Of a stretch of 64,000 nt of DNA, positions 36,966-46,903 are shown one piece after another. Numbering within the stretch: position 1 is the first letter of the stretch; the number at the start of each line of letters is the position of its first letter. The notes beneath the pieces were generated by a model. The model was given only the letters and a program-made list of their open reading frames with translations. It ran no database searches and was not told the DNA's origin. This DNA comes from Spirochaetia bacterium (lineage in GTDB: Bacteria; Spirochaetota; Spirochaetia; DSM-2461), in the NCBI GenBank assembly GCA_963666985.2, contig CAXXIA010000002.1:1312001-1376000 (forward strand), read 5' to 3'. Made by a program: the position numbers and the translations under genes.

Positions 36966-37418
36966 ATGAACGAAGACTTCACCTGGGAATGGAACGATTT
37001 ATCGCATTTTGAAGCCCATCGGCACGAGTTTTTTCGGCCCGTGGAAGAAATTTTGGCCGATCTCCGAAGCCGCGCGGCCGCATGCCGCGGCGAATCGGGA
37101 ACACCTCTCCATGAAGAGTGGGAACTCCCTTACGAAACAGGCTTATGCACCCTGAGGGAAGTTTCCCCCGACGGAAGCGAATCCTTCTGGGCGCCCCGCC
37201 CCGGGCGGACGATTCTCTCCCACCTCTGTTATGGAGAACCGATTCCCACCCGATGGGTTTGCCTTTGGGGCACCTGGGAAAAAGAATCCTTCCTCATCCA
37301 CACCATTTACTGCGGCAGGAAAGCGCCGCGGGAAATCCACGATCCGTCCATCACATCCGAAGAGCTGCCCGTATCCATCGAGTTCTGGCGAAAACACGCG
37401 CTCATCGTGGAGAAGTAA
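36966..37418 (+). CDS. Hypothetical protein
   Basis: 150 aa ORF 9 nt after the permease; globular composition; ends FWRKHALIVEK. Confidence 0.75.
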   Translation: MNEDFTWEWNDLSHFEAHRHEFFRPVEEILADLRSRAAACRGESGTPLHEEWELPYETGLCTLREVSPDGSESFWAPRPGRTILSHLCYGEPIPTRWVCLWGTWEKESFLIHTIYCGRKAPREIHDPSITSEELPVSIEFWRKHALIVEK

Positions 37419-37497
37419 GACACTCGACTATAAATGGCGGAACTTGCCGTCTATTCGTACTCGGCCGCGTTGAGCCATGGCGTTTTCCGTAAGGGCC

Positions 37498-38112
37498 TTA
37501 TTTGTGAGTTTGATAAAATTTACCGGCCTTCGCGCGGTTCCCGCATGTTTTCATGCTGCACCAGCGGCGGCTGTTGTTTTTACTCGTGTCGTAATACAGC
37601 CAGCCGCATTCTGAGTCCGAGCAGCGCTTCAGACGTTCCGGATTTCCCGTTACCAGCACGTCGGCGGCGGCTTGAACAACCGGCTGAAGAAACCCCACAG
37701 GTTCCGCTTCAATTTCAGGGAACATCCATGAGAATCCGTCGGCGCCGGCATCAATTCTTCGACGAACCGATCGATACAGCGCATTAAACTCCTGAATCGC
37801 AGGAGCTGAATCCGGAACTTGAGATATAATCCGGAAAAAAAGAGTGTGAAGAACCTCTCTGCGGGAAAGAACCTCTTCATACCAGAAAGAAGAATCTTGA
37901 TTCTCCGCTTGCTCCCAAAGCCGGTCCATCATGGCTGAAGTAAGGATTGAAGCGCGTTCCGCCCAGCCTAAGGCATCAAAGTAGGATGTGAGCCAATCAA
38001 TTTCTCTCTCGGTATTTCGATACTCAACGGTATTCACGAAATCCAGAGCAAGGTTGTTCCCATCAAGATCAAACGAGGAAAATTTTTTCCTTATTACAGC
38101 GCGCTCATTCAT
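37498..38112 (-). CDS. ABATE/CGNR zinc-finger protein (putative regulator)
   Basis: LALDFVNT N-terminus; C..ECGWLYYDTSKNNSRRWCSMKTCGNRAK; start at ATG 38112. Confidence 0.93.
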   Translation of the reverse strand: MNERAVIRKKFSSFDLDGNNLALDFVNTVEYRNTEREIDWLTSYFDALGWAERASILTSAMMDRLWEQAENQDSSFWYEEVLSRREVLHTLFFRIISQVPDSAPAIQEFNALYRSVRRRIDAGADGFSWMFPEIEAEPVGFLQPVVQAAADVLVTGNPERLKRCSDSECGWLYYDTSKNNSRRWCSMKTCGNRAKAGKFYQTHK

Positions 38113-38116
38113 TCGC

Positions 38117-38193
38117 AAACCATTTAAAATCACTTGACCGGTTAGATCAAGACGTGTTTTTATATAACCGCCTATAATAATATAGACGGTTAT
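38117..38193. promoter_or_regulatory. Two candidate operators AACC-N18-GGTT between divergent CGNR and ABM genes
   Basis: AAACC-N18-GGTTA (38117-38144) and TAACC-N18-GGTTA (38165-38192; part of a 13-4-13 inverted repeat with one mismatch). Confidence 0.6.
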
Positions 38194-38224
38194 TCCACTC
38201 TCCGCATCATAAGGAGACCTCAGC

Positions 38225-38515
38225 ATGATTGCACAAATTCATCACGATCTGGTTCCAACGGAGAACGCCGATGATTTCAAATCATTCCTAAACAAACAGG
38301 TACTGGCCGAATACGGAGCCTCCGAAGGAAATCGGGGCGTCTATTTTTTAGAAGAACGGAACGGAAAAGAAACGTGTTTTGTCACATTATCATTTTGGCT
38401 GGATGATGAGGCTTTGGAAAAATACCTGCACAGTCCTTTTAAAGAGGCCGAAAAGACTGCGGCGGGATCGATGCCGGACGTTATTTTTCGAATTGTCGGA
38501 AAATCCTGGTGGTAG
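38225..38515 (+). CDS. ABM-like (dimeric alpha-beta barrel) small protein
   Basis: Y..SEGNRGVY.L...FVTLSFW.D.EAL..Y pattern; AGGAG SD. Confidence 0.7.
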   Translation: MIAQIHHDLVPTENADDFKSFLNKQVLAEYGASEGNRGVYFLEERNGKETCFVTLSFWLDDEALEKYLHSPFKEAEKTAAGSMPDVIFRIVGKSWW

Positions 38516-38527
38516 TCGCCGGATTAC

Positions 38528-40969
38528 TCACATCTCCAAAAACCTAAGATACGATTCCAGCTCTTCGGGAATCGTTCCGGATTTTTTCTCATAACCCCTC
38601 AGTTTTGCGTCAATCTTGGTTTTTTCTTTGTTCCGGCGATTTTCAAAACGAGCGGCCATGGCCGAAAAAGCCGGCTTTTTAGTCATTTCCTCCCGGATAT
38701 CCGCGGGAAACGGGCAAAACCGATAAAAAACGTCACGAGCGGCCGGATTCATCCGCATCCTGCCGAAGTATTCAAATTCAAGCCATGTGCCGTAGTCTTT
38801 CGCGAACCGATCTTTCTCTGATTTCGTCCGCTTAATAAATTCAGCCAGACGCTGCTTCGCTTCCGGACTGATATCGGGATTCTTCTGATAGAAAGCGATG
38901 TAATCGTAGTAGGCCCCGACCAGCCCCCCTTCAACCGGATCGGTCCAATTATGCCCGGCGATCGTCTTCTGAAGTTCCCAGCGGAAATAGGCAATCTGTT
39001 CCAGCAAGGCCTCCGCAAACTTCTCCGAGAAGAAAATCGGCATGAAAATTCTTCCGGGTGTTTTCTTTTTGGTTCCGTCCATCTCCTGCCACATCACGGC
39101 ACGTGAACCGAAACAGGGATAAAGGACGAAGTTGGGAATAACCTCCGACTGGATAAAATCCGTTCCCAAGCCATGTCTTAAAATCACCTGACGATAGAAC
39201 ATGGAATAATCCCGCGATTTGTATTTACCAACCTCCTTAACGATACGCTCAGGGTCGATAAAAAGCCTTCCGAGATCTCCCGTAATCAGCTCATCGGTCA
39301 GAAAAGGTAAGGACTTCTTACGGTTTCCGAAAAGCATTCCGCCGAGATCCGATGCAACCTGCCTGAGTTCAAAACGAACCCGGTCATCATGGTTATCTTC
39401 ATAAAGGAAAGCGGCGGCTTTTTCTTTGGGCGTCAATTTACTTTGAGCTTTCAGGATATAATCGAACGTATCGCCCATCTCCGTTACAGACGGCTGAACT
39501 TCTCCCTTATAGATTTTCTCAAGGAAATAGGGAAAGGTCATGACGGGAATCGATTCATCGGTGTAAAGGGCCGAGGCATAAGCGGCATCAACAGCGAGCA
39601 GTGCTTCTTGAGAAACAAGCCGTTCATCCACCAACCCCATGTGAAGCATAATGCCGGGAATAAAACTCTTCAGATCCGTCCCGACGGTCTTCAGAAAACA
39701 TCGTTCGTAGAGTTCCCAATACATCTCTCCGATTCGGGAGACGGACCGGACATCTTTCTTTTCGGCAGCATCGTCGAGCAGAGATGCAAACTCATTCCGG
39801 AATTCCTGCGAAGCCTCCGCAAAATCAAGAATCTTTCCTAAAAGTCCTTTATATTTCGGCAGCCGGCCGCTTGCCGCCGGTGCATTTTCGGAAACTTCAA
39901 TAACATCCTGAGACTCCTTGAACTCCCGAAACCGTCCCAGTGAAGCAAAAACCGAATAGGTTTTCAGCGGATCCGAACCGAGCAGATTGATGGCGTCTTT
40001 TCGAAACCGCAAAGAAAATTTGGCAAGGAAATGAAAGAAATTCTCGGCTTCCAAGCCTCCGTTTCTCCCTGAGATTACGACGGAATCCACCCAGCCGTTC
40101 TTCTCATACAGGCGATTAAGCAGAGAAAGGATGTCTCGAAGGATTTTCTCATTGGCCCGCATCATGGCCGTGATGGTCTCACCGAGAAAATCAAGGATAT
40201 AGCGATTCAGAGGTCCGTCGTTTGAAAGGAGAGCGGAAACAACAGAATCTTCTTTGTTTAAAAGCCGCTTGATGAAGGCGTACTGATTTGTATCGATGAA
40301 AGATTCCACTCTTTCGGCATCCCGGTCGGTATAAAGATCCAGTTTATCCTGGAGCTGCCCTTGAAAAAGGCTGTAATCCCATCTCTCGGGAGCCGGCAGA
40401 CCGGCGGCTTTGAGCCGACTCTTCAGAAAAGCCGTATACTCATCAAGAGAAGAATTTTCCCGAGAGGCTTTTTCAGGCGCATTTGCTTTGGCTGCGCCGG
40501 AACGGGCAAGAGCCAAGGAATCGGCGATGGAAGCCACTTTGTGCCATAAATAACGGTCGTTCCGGAAAAGGGAAAAACAGGTTTCGGCATGAACCGCGAG
40601 GCTCCTGTGAATCTTCAGCGCAAAAGACGTATCGGTACACATCTTCTTCGTTAATGTGTCGGAATCCATCGGACGAAGGCTTAAAACACAGTTCGTCAGT
40701 GTGCGAAAACTGAATGGATTCACCTCCCCCTCTTTCTGTACGGCGGGGAAGCCGAGAATCGTCTCGCCTTTTACAAAACCGACGCGAAGGGAGTTACGGA
40801 GAATCTCATCAAAATCCGTTTCCTCGGGGATTTTCTCACAGCTGAGGATTTCGACAATGCCGGAATAAATAACGATGCAGGCCCGCTCTTTCGTTCCCTG
40901 ACAAATCAGCACCGTCCCGGCGGGAACGTTCACGCGGCTGATTGCTTTTTGGGAATCAAGAATGTTCAT
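38528..40969 (-). CDS. Large protein with N-terminal cyclic-nucleotide-binding-like domain and uncharacterised C-terminal region
   Basis: VPAGTVLICQG...IYSGIVEI...GETILG...FSFRTLTNCVL cNMP fold; C-terminal PNFVLYPCFGSR..MWQE, FRWELQKT. Confidence 0.8.
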   Translation of the reverse strand: MNILDSQKAISRVNVPAGTVLICQGTKERACIVIYSGIVEILSCEKIPEETDFDEILRNSLRVGFVKGETILGFPAVQKEGEVNPFSFRTLTNCVLSLRPMDSDTLTKKMCTDTSFALKIHRSLAVHAETCFSLFRNDRYLWHKVASIADSLALARSGAAKANAPEKASRENSSLDEYTAFLKSRLKAAGLPAPERWDYSLFQGQLQDKLDLYTDRDAERVESFIDTNQYAFIKRLLNKEDSVVSALLSNDGPLNRYILDFLGETITAMMRANEKILRDILSLLNRLYEKNGWVDSVVISGRNGGLEAENFFHFLAKFSLRFRKDAINLLGSDPLKTYSVFASLGRFREFKESQDVIEVSENAPAASGRLPKYKGLLGKILDFAEASQEFRNEFASLLDDAAEKKDVRSVSRIGEMYWELYERCFLKTVGTDLKSFIPGIMLHMGLVDERLVSQEALLAVDAAYASALYTDESIPVMTFPYFLEKIYKGEVQPSVTEMGDTFDYILKAQSKLTPKEKAAAFLYEDNHDDRVRFELRQVASDLGGMLFGNRKKSLPFLTDELITGDLGRLFIDPERIVKEVGKYKSRDYSMFYRQVILRHGLGTDFIQSEVIPNFVLYPCFGSRAVMWQEMDGTKKKTPGRIFMPIFFSEKFAEALLEQIAYFRWELQKTIAGHNWTDPVEGGLVGAYYDYIAFYQKNPDISPEAKQRLAEFIKRTKSEKDRFAKDYGTWLEFEYFGRMRMNPAARDVFYRFCPFPADIREEMTKKPAFSAMAARFENRRNKEKTKIDAKLRGYEKKSGTIPEELESYLRFLEM

Positions 40970-41331
40970 CTATTAATAGCAAGTCTAGTTCAACGTTCCG
41001 GAAATTATCCAATTAAGAGTTCTTTAAGTCGCGAATTAACTGATATTAATTCCAAAAATAAAAATAATCAACAGAGGCAAACATACAATTAATCCGATCG
41101 GCGGACGCAGAATAAATCAGTCTGCTTGAATATCGATACGCGCCTCCGAGCTGAAACCTTTTGGAAATACCGCTCGCCGTACCTGCTTCCGAATCCCTTA
41201 TAGCACCTTTGTTTCTTCCATATGGCACCATTTGCCGATTTAAAACCTCTTTTTACGGCGATAAATTTTGCAGGAAGGAAATTTCCTTCTTGAGCATGAG
41301 TTCAATCATGCCGTCGAACAGAGGTAATTCA

Positions 41332-44022
41332 ATGAATCTAAAAAAACTCCTGCCTTTCATGCTGGCGGTCCTTCCGCTGCAATTCCTTTCCGCTCAGAGT
41401 GTTGATATAAAAACATCGGCCGAACAGGATTTTTTTCGAAGCGATCCCCTCCCAAAGGAAATCCGATCCGAACGCAACCGGGTTTGGGAAGAAGTATCTC
41501 TTTCCCTCTTGGTGCGGGAAGTGGAAACCGAAGCCAACACCGCCGGACTGGAATCCTTCAGCCTGAATATTTCAGACAATGCCATTAATATCATTTACCG
41601 TGATATCCGTTTTTTACCGAATTCCTCGGAGCTCACTCCCGAAACCATCGAAAAAATTAAAAATCTTACCAATGTTTTAAGCCGTTTTTCCCAAATGAAC
41701 CTTCTGATTCAAGGGCATACCGCCAAACTTTCACCCAACGATACCAACGACGGTATGGAACTTTCCAGAGAAAGGGCAAAATCGGTGGCGGATGTTATAA
41801 CCCAAAACGGAATATTTCGGCCCGAACAAATTGAAGCCGTGGGAAAAGGGTTTTATGAACCTGTTGCTGATAATGAGACATCCGAAGGAAGAGCCTTAAA
41901 CCGCCGGGTTGAAATATCCGTTGTCGGTTCCGTGGAACAAAAATCAAGCAGCAGTGCGATCTGGTGGAACATGCTCAGCCATTCAATGAATCCGGGATAT
42001 ACCGCCTATCTTGTTCATAAGGATACTTCGGATGATGTCGAAGCCAAACTTGAAGAAGCGGGAATTGCCGGACTGATAGTGGCCGAAACCTCCGATGGAA
42101 TCGGCATTCTCGACAACACCATGACCTATCGGGAAGACGGATCGCCCGATGAACAAAGCATCGAAAGGATGAAGAAAATCGCGAGCCTTTTCTCTTCGTC
42201 TCAAAATAATATCGAAGCCAGAATCGGAGGATACGGATCGGATCTGCCGATCGAAGAAATTGAAGAACGCCACTTCTTAACAGCGTATACGTTAAACACC
42301 CTCGCCGGCTTCGAAGATGATCATATCATTTTCGGTTCGGAACCCTATGTTCTTGCGGAAGCAAGCGCCGAACTGGCCGCCGGTCAAGTTACTACGGTTA
42401 AGGGAGAGCCCGTTAACATACAGGGTTCCGGTTCTTCGTTCAGCGCGGTTGTTCCCTTTTCGGTGGATTCACTGATACTCGATATCACACCGGAAGATCC
42501 ATCAGCGGAAATTACAGGACTCCCTCAAGGGCCGGTAAAACTGACTCCCGGAGAAAACACAATTTCCATAACGGTAAAATCCCTCGCCAAATCTCAAACC
42601 TTAACCGGTGATTACAGCCTTACTGTGCTGAGAGAAGAAGCGGAACTCCAATCTCTGGCGGTATCGGCCAATGGTACACCGCTTCAAGTCGTTCCCGATT
42701 TTTCAGCCGAAACAAAGCAATATCAAATTGACGTTCCCTGTGAAATTGCCGAGATTGACGTTACACCCGGACTGCTGGCCGAAGATGAAAGAGCCGGCGC
42801 GGTTACGAATATCAAGAAGGATTATGGAGAAGAGCTGAATATCGGAGAGAATACCATTCACGTATCTCTTTCCGACGGCTCTACCGAAGATGAAATCTAT
42901 ACCATTACCGTTATTCGGGAAGCACCAATATTAACCACCCTTGATAAACTTTCGGTACAATCCGGTGATGAAGGGATGGAACTTATTCCTCCATTCAGCC
43001 CGGAAACAACATTGTACAAAATGATTGTTCCCTATTCGGTGAAATCCGTTTTCCTTAACACAATCCTCTCCGATGAGAGAGCCCTATTGCATACCGAGAA
43101 CGGCGAGATTCCGCTTGCCGTAGGGAAGAATGAAATTTCCGCCGAAGTTTCGGATCGGCGAGGTTCTTCGTCAACCCGTTACATTGTGATGATTGAACGA
43201 TCCGCACCGCTTCTTTCCAAATTGGAAATTGCCGAAGCGGACAAGACCGAAGAAATTACAATGTTTCCGGATTTTAAACCCGAAATTTCCGAATACACAA
43301 TTACGGTGCCGTACAAAACAAAAACACTTCAACTGGAAGCGGCCCTCGACAATGAAGACATTTCCGCCGGAGCTTCCGTGCAAATACTGCCGAACGGCAT
43401 GGAGGAGCTTCCGATTGGAACAACTCAAACAATCGTCCGAGTAACGGACGAAGAGGGAACTACCTATGATTATCCGGTTAATATAATCCGCGAAGAAAAG
43501 AAAGAACTCACCTTTGCTCTTGGAGAAATCAGTTTACTGCCCGAATGGTACGTAACACCTTCCCTATCATTCTATACCGGCGGGATCGGATTCAAACTGA
43601 ACGGCGGCATGACCGTAAGACCAACGGAAGATTCCGAAATAAACGACATGCTCAAACCATTACGAGCGGGAGTCGGTGTTCATTTTCATGCCGGAGCGGG
43701 AAATTACCTTACCATACTCTCCGGCGGCGGATACTTAAGTTTTGAATACATTTTAAAAACAGAGAGCTTTCTGCCCGTGCAGTGGTACATTCCCAAAACC
43801 ATTATTCCGAGACTGGAAACCGGATTCGCATATTACATGATTGATTACACCAAGGGAGTCTATCATAAAGGCGCGGCCTTTTATCTTTCGCCCGCGGTTA
43901 GAACCGACTTTGTTTTCTCCGGTCTTCCCGATATGACTTTCGGACTGGATCTTTCCTATACGGCCTATATCAGTTCCGTGTCGATTACCTACCTCAGCCT
44001 CGGTATCAACGTGGGCTGGTAA
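41332..44022 (+). CDS. OmpA-like peptidoglycan-binding domain + cadherin-like beta-sandwich repeats + C-terminal beta-barrel-like domain
   Basis: IQGHTA...LSRERA.SV...GKG...P...N...GRALNRRVEI; four L..L.v...PdF......Y...VP...G.N...V...Y...V.RE repeats; amphipathic strands ending SLGINVGW; GAGG SD before ATG 41332. Confidence 0.85.
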   Translation: MNLKKLLPFMLAVLPLQFLSAQSVDIKTSAEQDFFRSDPLPKEIRSERNRVWEEVSLSLLVREVETEANTAGLESFSLNISDNAINIIYRDIRFLPNSSELTPETIEKIKNLTNVLSRFSQMNLLIQGHTAKLSPNDTNDGMELSRERAKSVADVITQNGIFRPEQIEAVGKGFYEPVADNETSEGRALNRRVEISVVGSVEQKSSSSAIWWNMLSHSMNPGYTAYLVHKDTSDDVEAKLEEAGIAGLIVAETSDGIGILDNTMTYREDGSPDEQSIERMKKIASLFSSSQNNIEARIGGYGSDLPIEEIEERHFLTAYTLNTLAGFEDDHIIFGSEPYVLAEASAELAAGQVTTVKGEPVNIQGSGSSFSAVVPFSVDSLILDITPEDPSAEITGLPQGPVKLTPGENTISITVKSLAKSQTLTGDYSLTVLREEAELQSLAVSANGTPLQVVPDFSAETKQYQIDVPCEIAEIDVTPGLLAEDERAGAVTNIKKDYGEELNIGENTIHVSLSDGSTEDEIYTITVIREAPILTTLDKLSVQSGDEGMELIPPFSPETTLYKMIVPYSVKSVFLNTILSDERALLHTENGEIPLAVGKNEISAEVSDRRGSSSTRYIVMIERSAPLLSKLEIAEADKTEEITMFPDFKPEISEYTITVPYKTKTLQLEAALDNEDISAGASVQILPNGMEELPIGTTQTIVRVTDEEGTTYDYPVNIIREEKKELTFALGEISLLPEWYVTPSLSFYTGGIGFKLNGGMTVRPTEDSEINDMLKPLRAGVGVHFHAGAGNYLTILSGGGYLSFEYILKTESFLPVQWYIPKTIIPRLETGFAYYMIDYTKGVYHKGAAFYLSPAVRTDFVFSGLPDMTFGLDLSYTAYISSVSITYLSLGINVGW

Positions 44023-44037
44023 AAAGGAGCATATATA

Positions 44038-46170
44038 ATGAATAAAAAGCTGAAACTATTGCTGATAACGATACCCATCATCATCGGCCTTGCGGCAATG
44101 GGCTGTTCCGATCTGAGCCGAATCGCCGCCGATGCGGAAAATGCTTTTGCCGTGTACCACATCCTGACCTTTTACGCGAATGACGGAAGCGGCACCACGA
44201 AAACACAGGCTATTGCCGAAGATTCCACGGCTGCCCTTCTGGCAAACACCTTTATCAACGCGACCGATAGCAGCCTGATATTTGCCGGCTGGTCCGCAAC
44301 TACCGACGGTTCCGTTGAATATGCCGATCGCGCAAACTACACCATGGGAACCTCCGATGCGGAACTCTACGCCATCTGGGAAGAAGGTCATGGCATCGCC
44401 TACACCCTTACCTATAACGGTAACGGGAACACGGGCGGCAGCGTTCCGACAGACAGTAATGCCTACGAAGAAGGAGATACCGCAACTGTTCTGGGCAACA
44501 CCGGAAGCCTTGTAAGAACCGGTTATGTATTTACAGGATGGAACGCCGAGTCCGACTTAAGCGGAACTGATTACGGTGCCGGTGCGACTGTAACCTTTGG
44601 ATCTTCCGATATAACCCTTTACGCCAAATGGGTACCGTCCTCTTCCATTATTTTCCAGGAAGATTTCAGTAATACCGGAGACCTTGACGGATCAACTCCC
44701 GATGTGGGAGGTAATTGGGCCTGCAACTCCGCTGCAGAGTCCTTTGAAGTTGAGACTGCCGGTGTTTTTGATACAAATACCGACAGCACCGAGGGGGCAT
44801 GTGTTTTTGCGGCTTTCGCCGATGGCGCTGTCCTTGGCCCGGGAGAAACCCTTACCCTCACCTTTGAAACAACTGTTACCGATGGAACCTTTGCATATAG
44901 CGACTGGGCTGGTTTCAGTCTGCTTTCCGGCTATACAAGTCCTTCAGCGAGCTATGATGAGCGTGTTTTTATGGGGAGTGCCTCCTCCGTCTCCGGCTGG
45001 GGAGTAGATCAGGCAGTTTTCGGCGGCATCAAAGGACTCTGCAGTGACGGCACGATTTTCAGCGATAGTGATGCTTATATTCCATCCGGGAAAACCAATT
45101 TCACCGATCAGACACAAACCTGCTATTTCACATATAACTATGACACCGGTGCCATGTTGTTTACAGTCGGCGGGTTTGAAATCAGTGGTGAAGGAAGCGA
45201 AACCTCAAAGAACTTTGCCCTTAACGCCGTTAGAATCGGGCACGCATCCACTACGGATATCGCCATTACCAATATCTACATCGATAAGCAGAGTGAAGTT
45301 ACTTACCACACGGTTACCTTCCATTCAAACGATGGAAACGATACAACATACACACAAAGCATAGCAGAAGACACAACGGCTAATCTTGATGCGGGTACAT
45401 TCACAAGAAGCGGCTATAGTTTTGCAGGTTGGAGCACAAGCGCAAGCGGATCACTAAACTATGCGGATGGCCAGGAATACACTATGGGAAGCTCGGATGT
45501 CGACCTGTATGCAGTATGGACGGATACCGACGATGTGCTGATAAAACTGACCTTCGACAATTCCAGCGATTATTGTGCCGACACTTCAGGAAACAGCAAT
45601 AATGGTATCGGTTACAACATGTATTACGCAGATGATGGAAACGGCGGTTACGCGGCATCTTTTAATGGATTATCCAGCTATATCGAACTTCCATACCAAA
45701 CTTTTGTTCGGGAAAACTTTACAGTAATGATGCGCTTTAATGTTGGTACAACTGGATGCGGAGCCCTTCTGGGTTATCAAAATGTAACCATCCCAAACAT
45801 ATCCAGTGTAACTGCGTTTATCCCAATAATTATCGTTCAAGATGATGGCAAGGTACGAGGGACACTCTGGACAGGGTCTTGGTCTCCCAACGGAGAAGAT
45901 ATAACAGTCTTATCGGATACAACTGTTAATGATGGGAACTGGCATACCGTTTACTTTTCAGCAAAAGCTAATTCTATTGCCCTATACCTTGATGGAGAAC
46001 AAGTTGGCGACATTGTTACAGGCACAGTAGGAGCCCTTAATATGTACTATAACCAAATTGGTACAGCTTACGGGAAAGACCGTGACACCAGCCTTAGCGG
46101 CGCAAGTGGTACCTATTACTTTAATGGCCTTATAGACAACTTTTATATGTACACCACGGCTTTACACTAA
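44038..46170 (+). CDS. Surface lipoprotein with InlB B-repeat (Listeria/Bacteroides) domains and C-terminal LamG-like domain
   Basis: Lipobox AMGC; three F.aN.G.G...FAGW...LYA.W repeats; C-terminal FNG.SSYI...VNDGNWH.V...LYLDG...IG...FNGLIDNF.MY..AL. Confidence 0.88.
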   Translation: MNKKLKLLLITIPIIIGLAAMGCSDLSRIAADAENAFAVYHILTFYANDGSGTTKTQAIAEDSTAALLANTFINATDSSLIFAGWSATTDGSVEYADRANYTMGTSDAELYAIWEEGHGIAYTLTYNGNGNTGGSVPTDSNAYEEGDTATVLGNTGSLVRTGYVFTGWNAESDLSGTDYGAGATVTFGSSDITLYAKWVPSSSIIFQEDFSNTGDLDGSTPDVGGNWACNSAAESFEVETAGVFDTNTDSTEGACVFAAFADGAVLGPGETLTLTFETTVTDGTFAYSDWAGFSLLSGYTSPSASYDERVFMGSASSVSGWGVDQAVFGGIKGLCSDGTIFSDSDAYIPSGKTNFTDQTQTCYFTYNYDTGAMLFTVGGFEISGEGSETSKNFALNAVRIGHASTTDIAITNIYIDKQSEVTYHTVTFHSNDGNDTTYTQSIAEDTTANLDAGTFTRSGYSFAGWSTSASGSLNYADGQEYTMGSSDVDLYAVWTDTDDVLIKLTFDNSSDYCADTSGNSNNGIGYNMYYADDGNGGYAASFNGLSSYIELPYQTFVRENFTVMMRFNVGTTGCGALLGYQNVTIPNISSVTAFIPIIIVQDDGKVRGTLWTGSWSPNGEDITVLSDTTVNDGNWHTVYFSAKANSIALYLDGEQVGDIVTGTVGALNMYYNQIGTAYGKDRDTSLSGASGTYYFNGLIDNFYMYTTALH

Positions 46171-46180
46171 ATAAACAATC

Positions 46181-46210
46181 ATCAGCCCGCTTCCTGCGGG
46201 CTGATATTTT
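46181..46210 (+). terminator. Intrinsic terminator after the lipoprotein gene
   Basis: atcagcccgc-ttcct-gcgggctgat-atttt. Confidence 0.75.
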
Positions 46211-46240
46211 ACACGAACATAAATATAATGGGATTAAAAG

Positions 46241-46903
46241 ATGACAAACGTTTTTATTGTAGACGACCATAAGATTCTTATCCCCGGAATAAAAATGATT
46301 GTGGAATCCCTGCCCAATTTTTCTGTTGTCGGAGATGCCAACGACGGAATTACGGCCGTAAAGGAAATAACTCAGCTTAAACCTGATATCTGTATCGTCG
46401 ACTTATCCATTCCGCTTCTAAACGGATTCGGAGTTGCCCGGAAACTCATTGAAGGACATATTGATTCCAAAATCATTCTTCTTACCTCCTATGTTGATGA
46501 TTCTCTGATTTCCAGGGCCCTTCAATACAAAATCGCCGGATATGTACTGAAAGAAAACAATACCGAAGAACTCAAAAGAGCATTAACGGAAGTTCGGGAA
46601 GGCAACCGGTATTTCACCCCCAGTGTTATGACAAAAATGGTGAACAAACTGGAACAATTTGAAGCGGAGAACTCCGCCGAGCAGGAAAAAAAGATTCACT
46701 CTCTTACTCCGAAAGAACAAGATGTTCTGATGCTTGTTGCCAACGGAATGAGCGGGAAACAGATTTGCAGCGAACTGAATATAACAGAATCCACCATGAA
46801 GAAACATAAAACGAGTCTTTTGAAAAAAATGAAAGTGAGTACAACCAACGAGCTGATCGCTTTAGTTAACAAGGACACTCGGATTGCAAGGCTCTTTACA
46901 TAA
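46241..46903 (+). CDS. NarL/LuxR family response regulator
   Basis: IVDDH, PDICIVDLSIP, GYVLK receiver motifs; LTPKEQDVL..VANG.S.KQI..EL HTH. Confidence 0.95.
   Translation: MTNVFIVDDHKILIPGIKMIVESLPNFSVVGDANDGITAVKEITQLKPDICIVDLSIPLLNGFGVARKLIEGHIDSKIILLTSYVDDSLISRALQYKIAGYVLKENNTEELKRALTEVREGNRYFTPSVMTKMVNKLEQFEAENSAEQEKKIHSLTPKEQDVLMLVANGMSGKQICSELNITESTMKKHKTSLLKKMKVSTTNELIALVNKDTRIARLFT

Noticed and set aside
41161..41331. Longer N-terminus of the OmpA-domain ORF from the ORF track (similarly 8933-8986, 6065-6124, 38113-38226)
   Set aside because: Downstream ATGs have a better SD, signal-peptide or family-start context.
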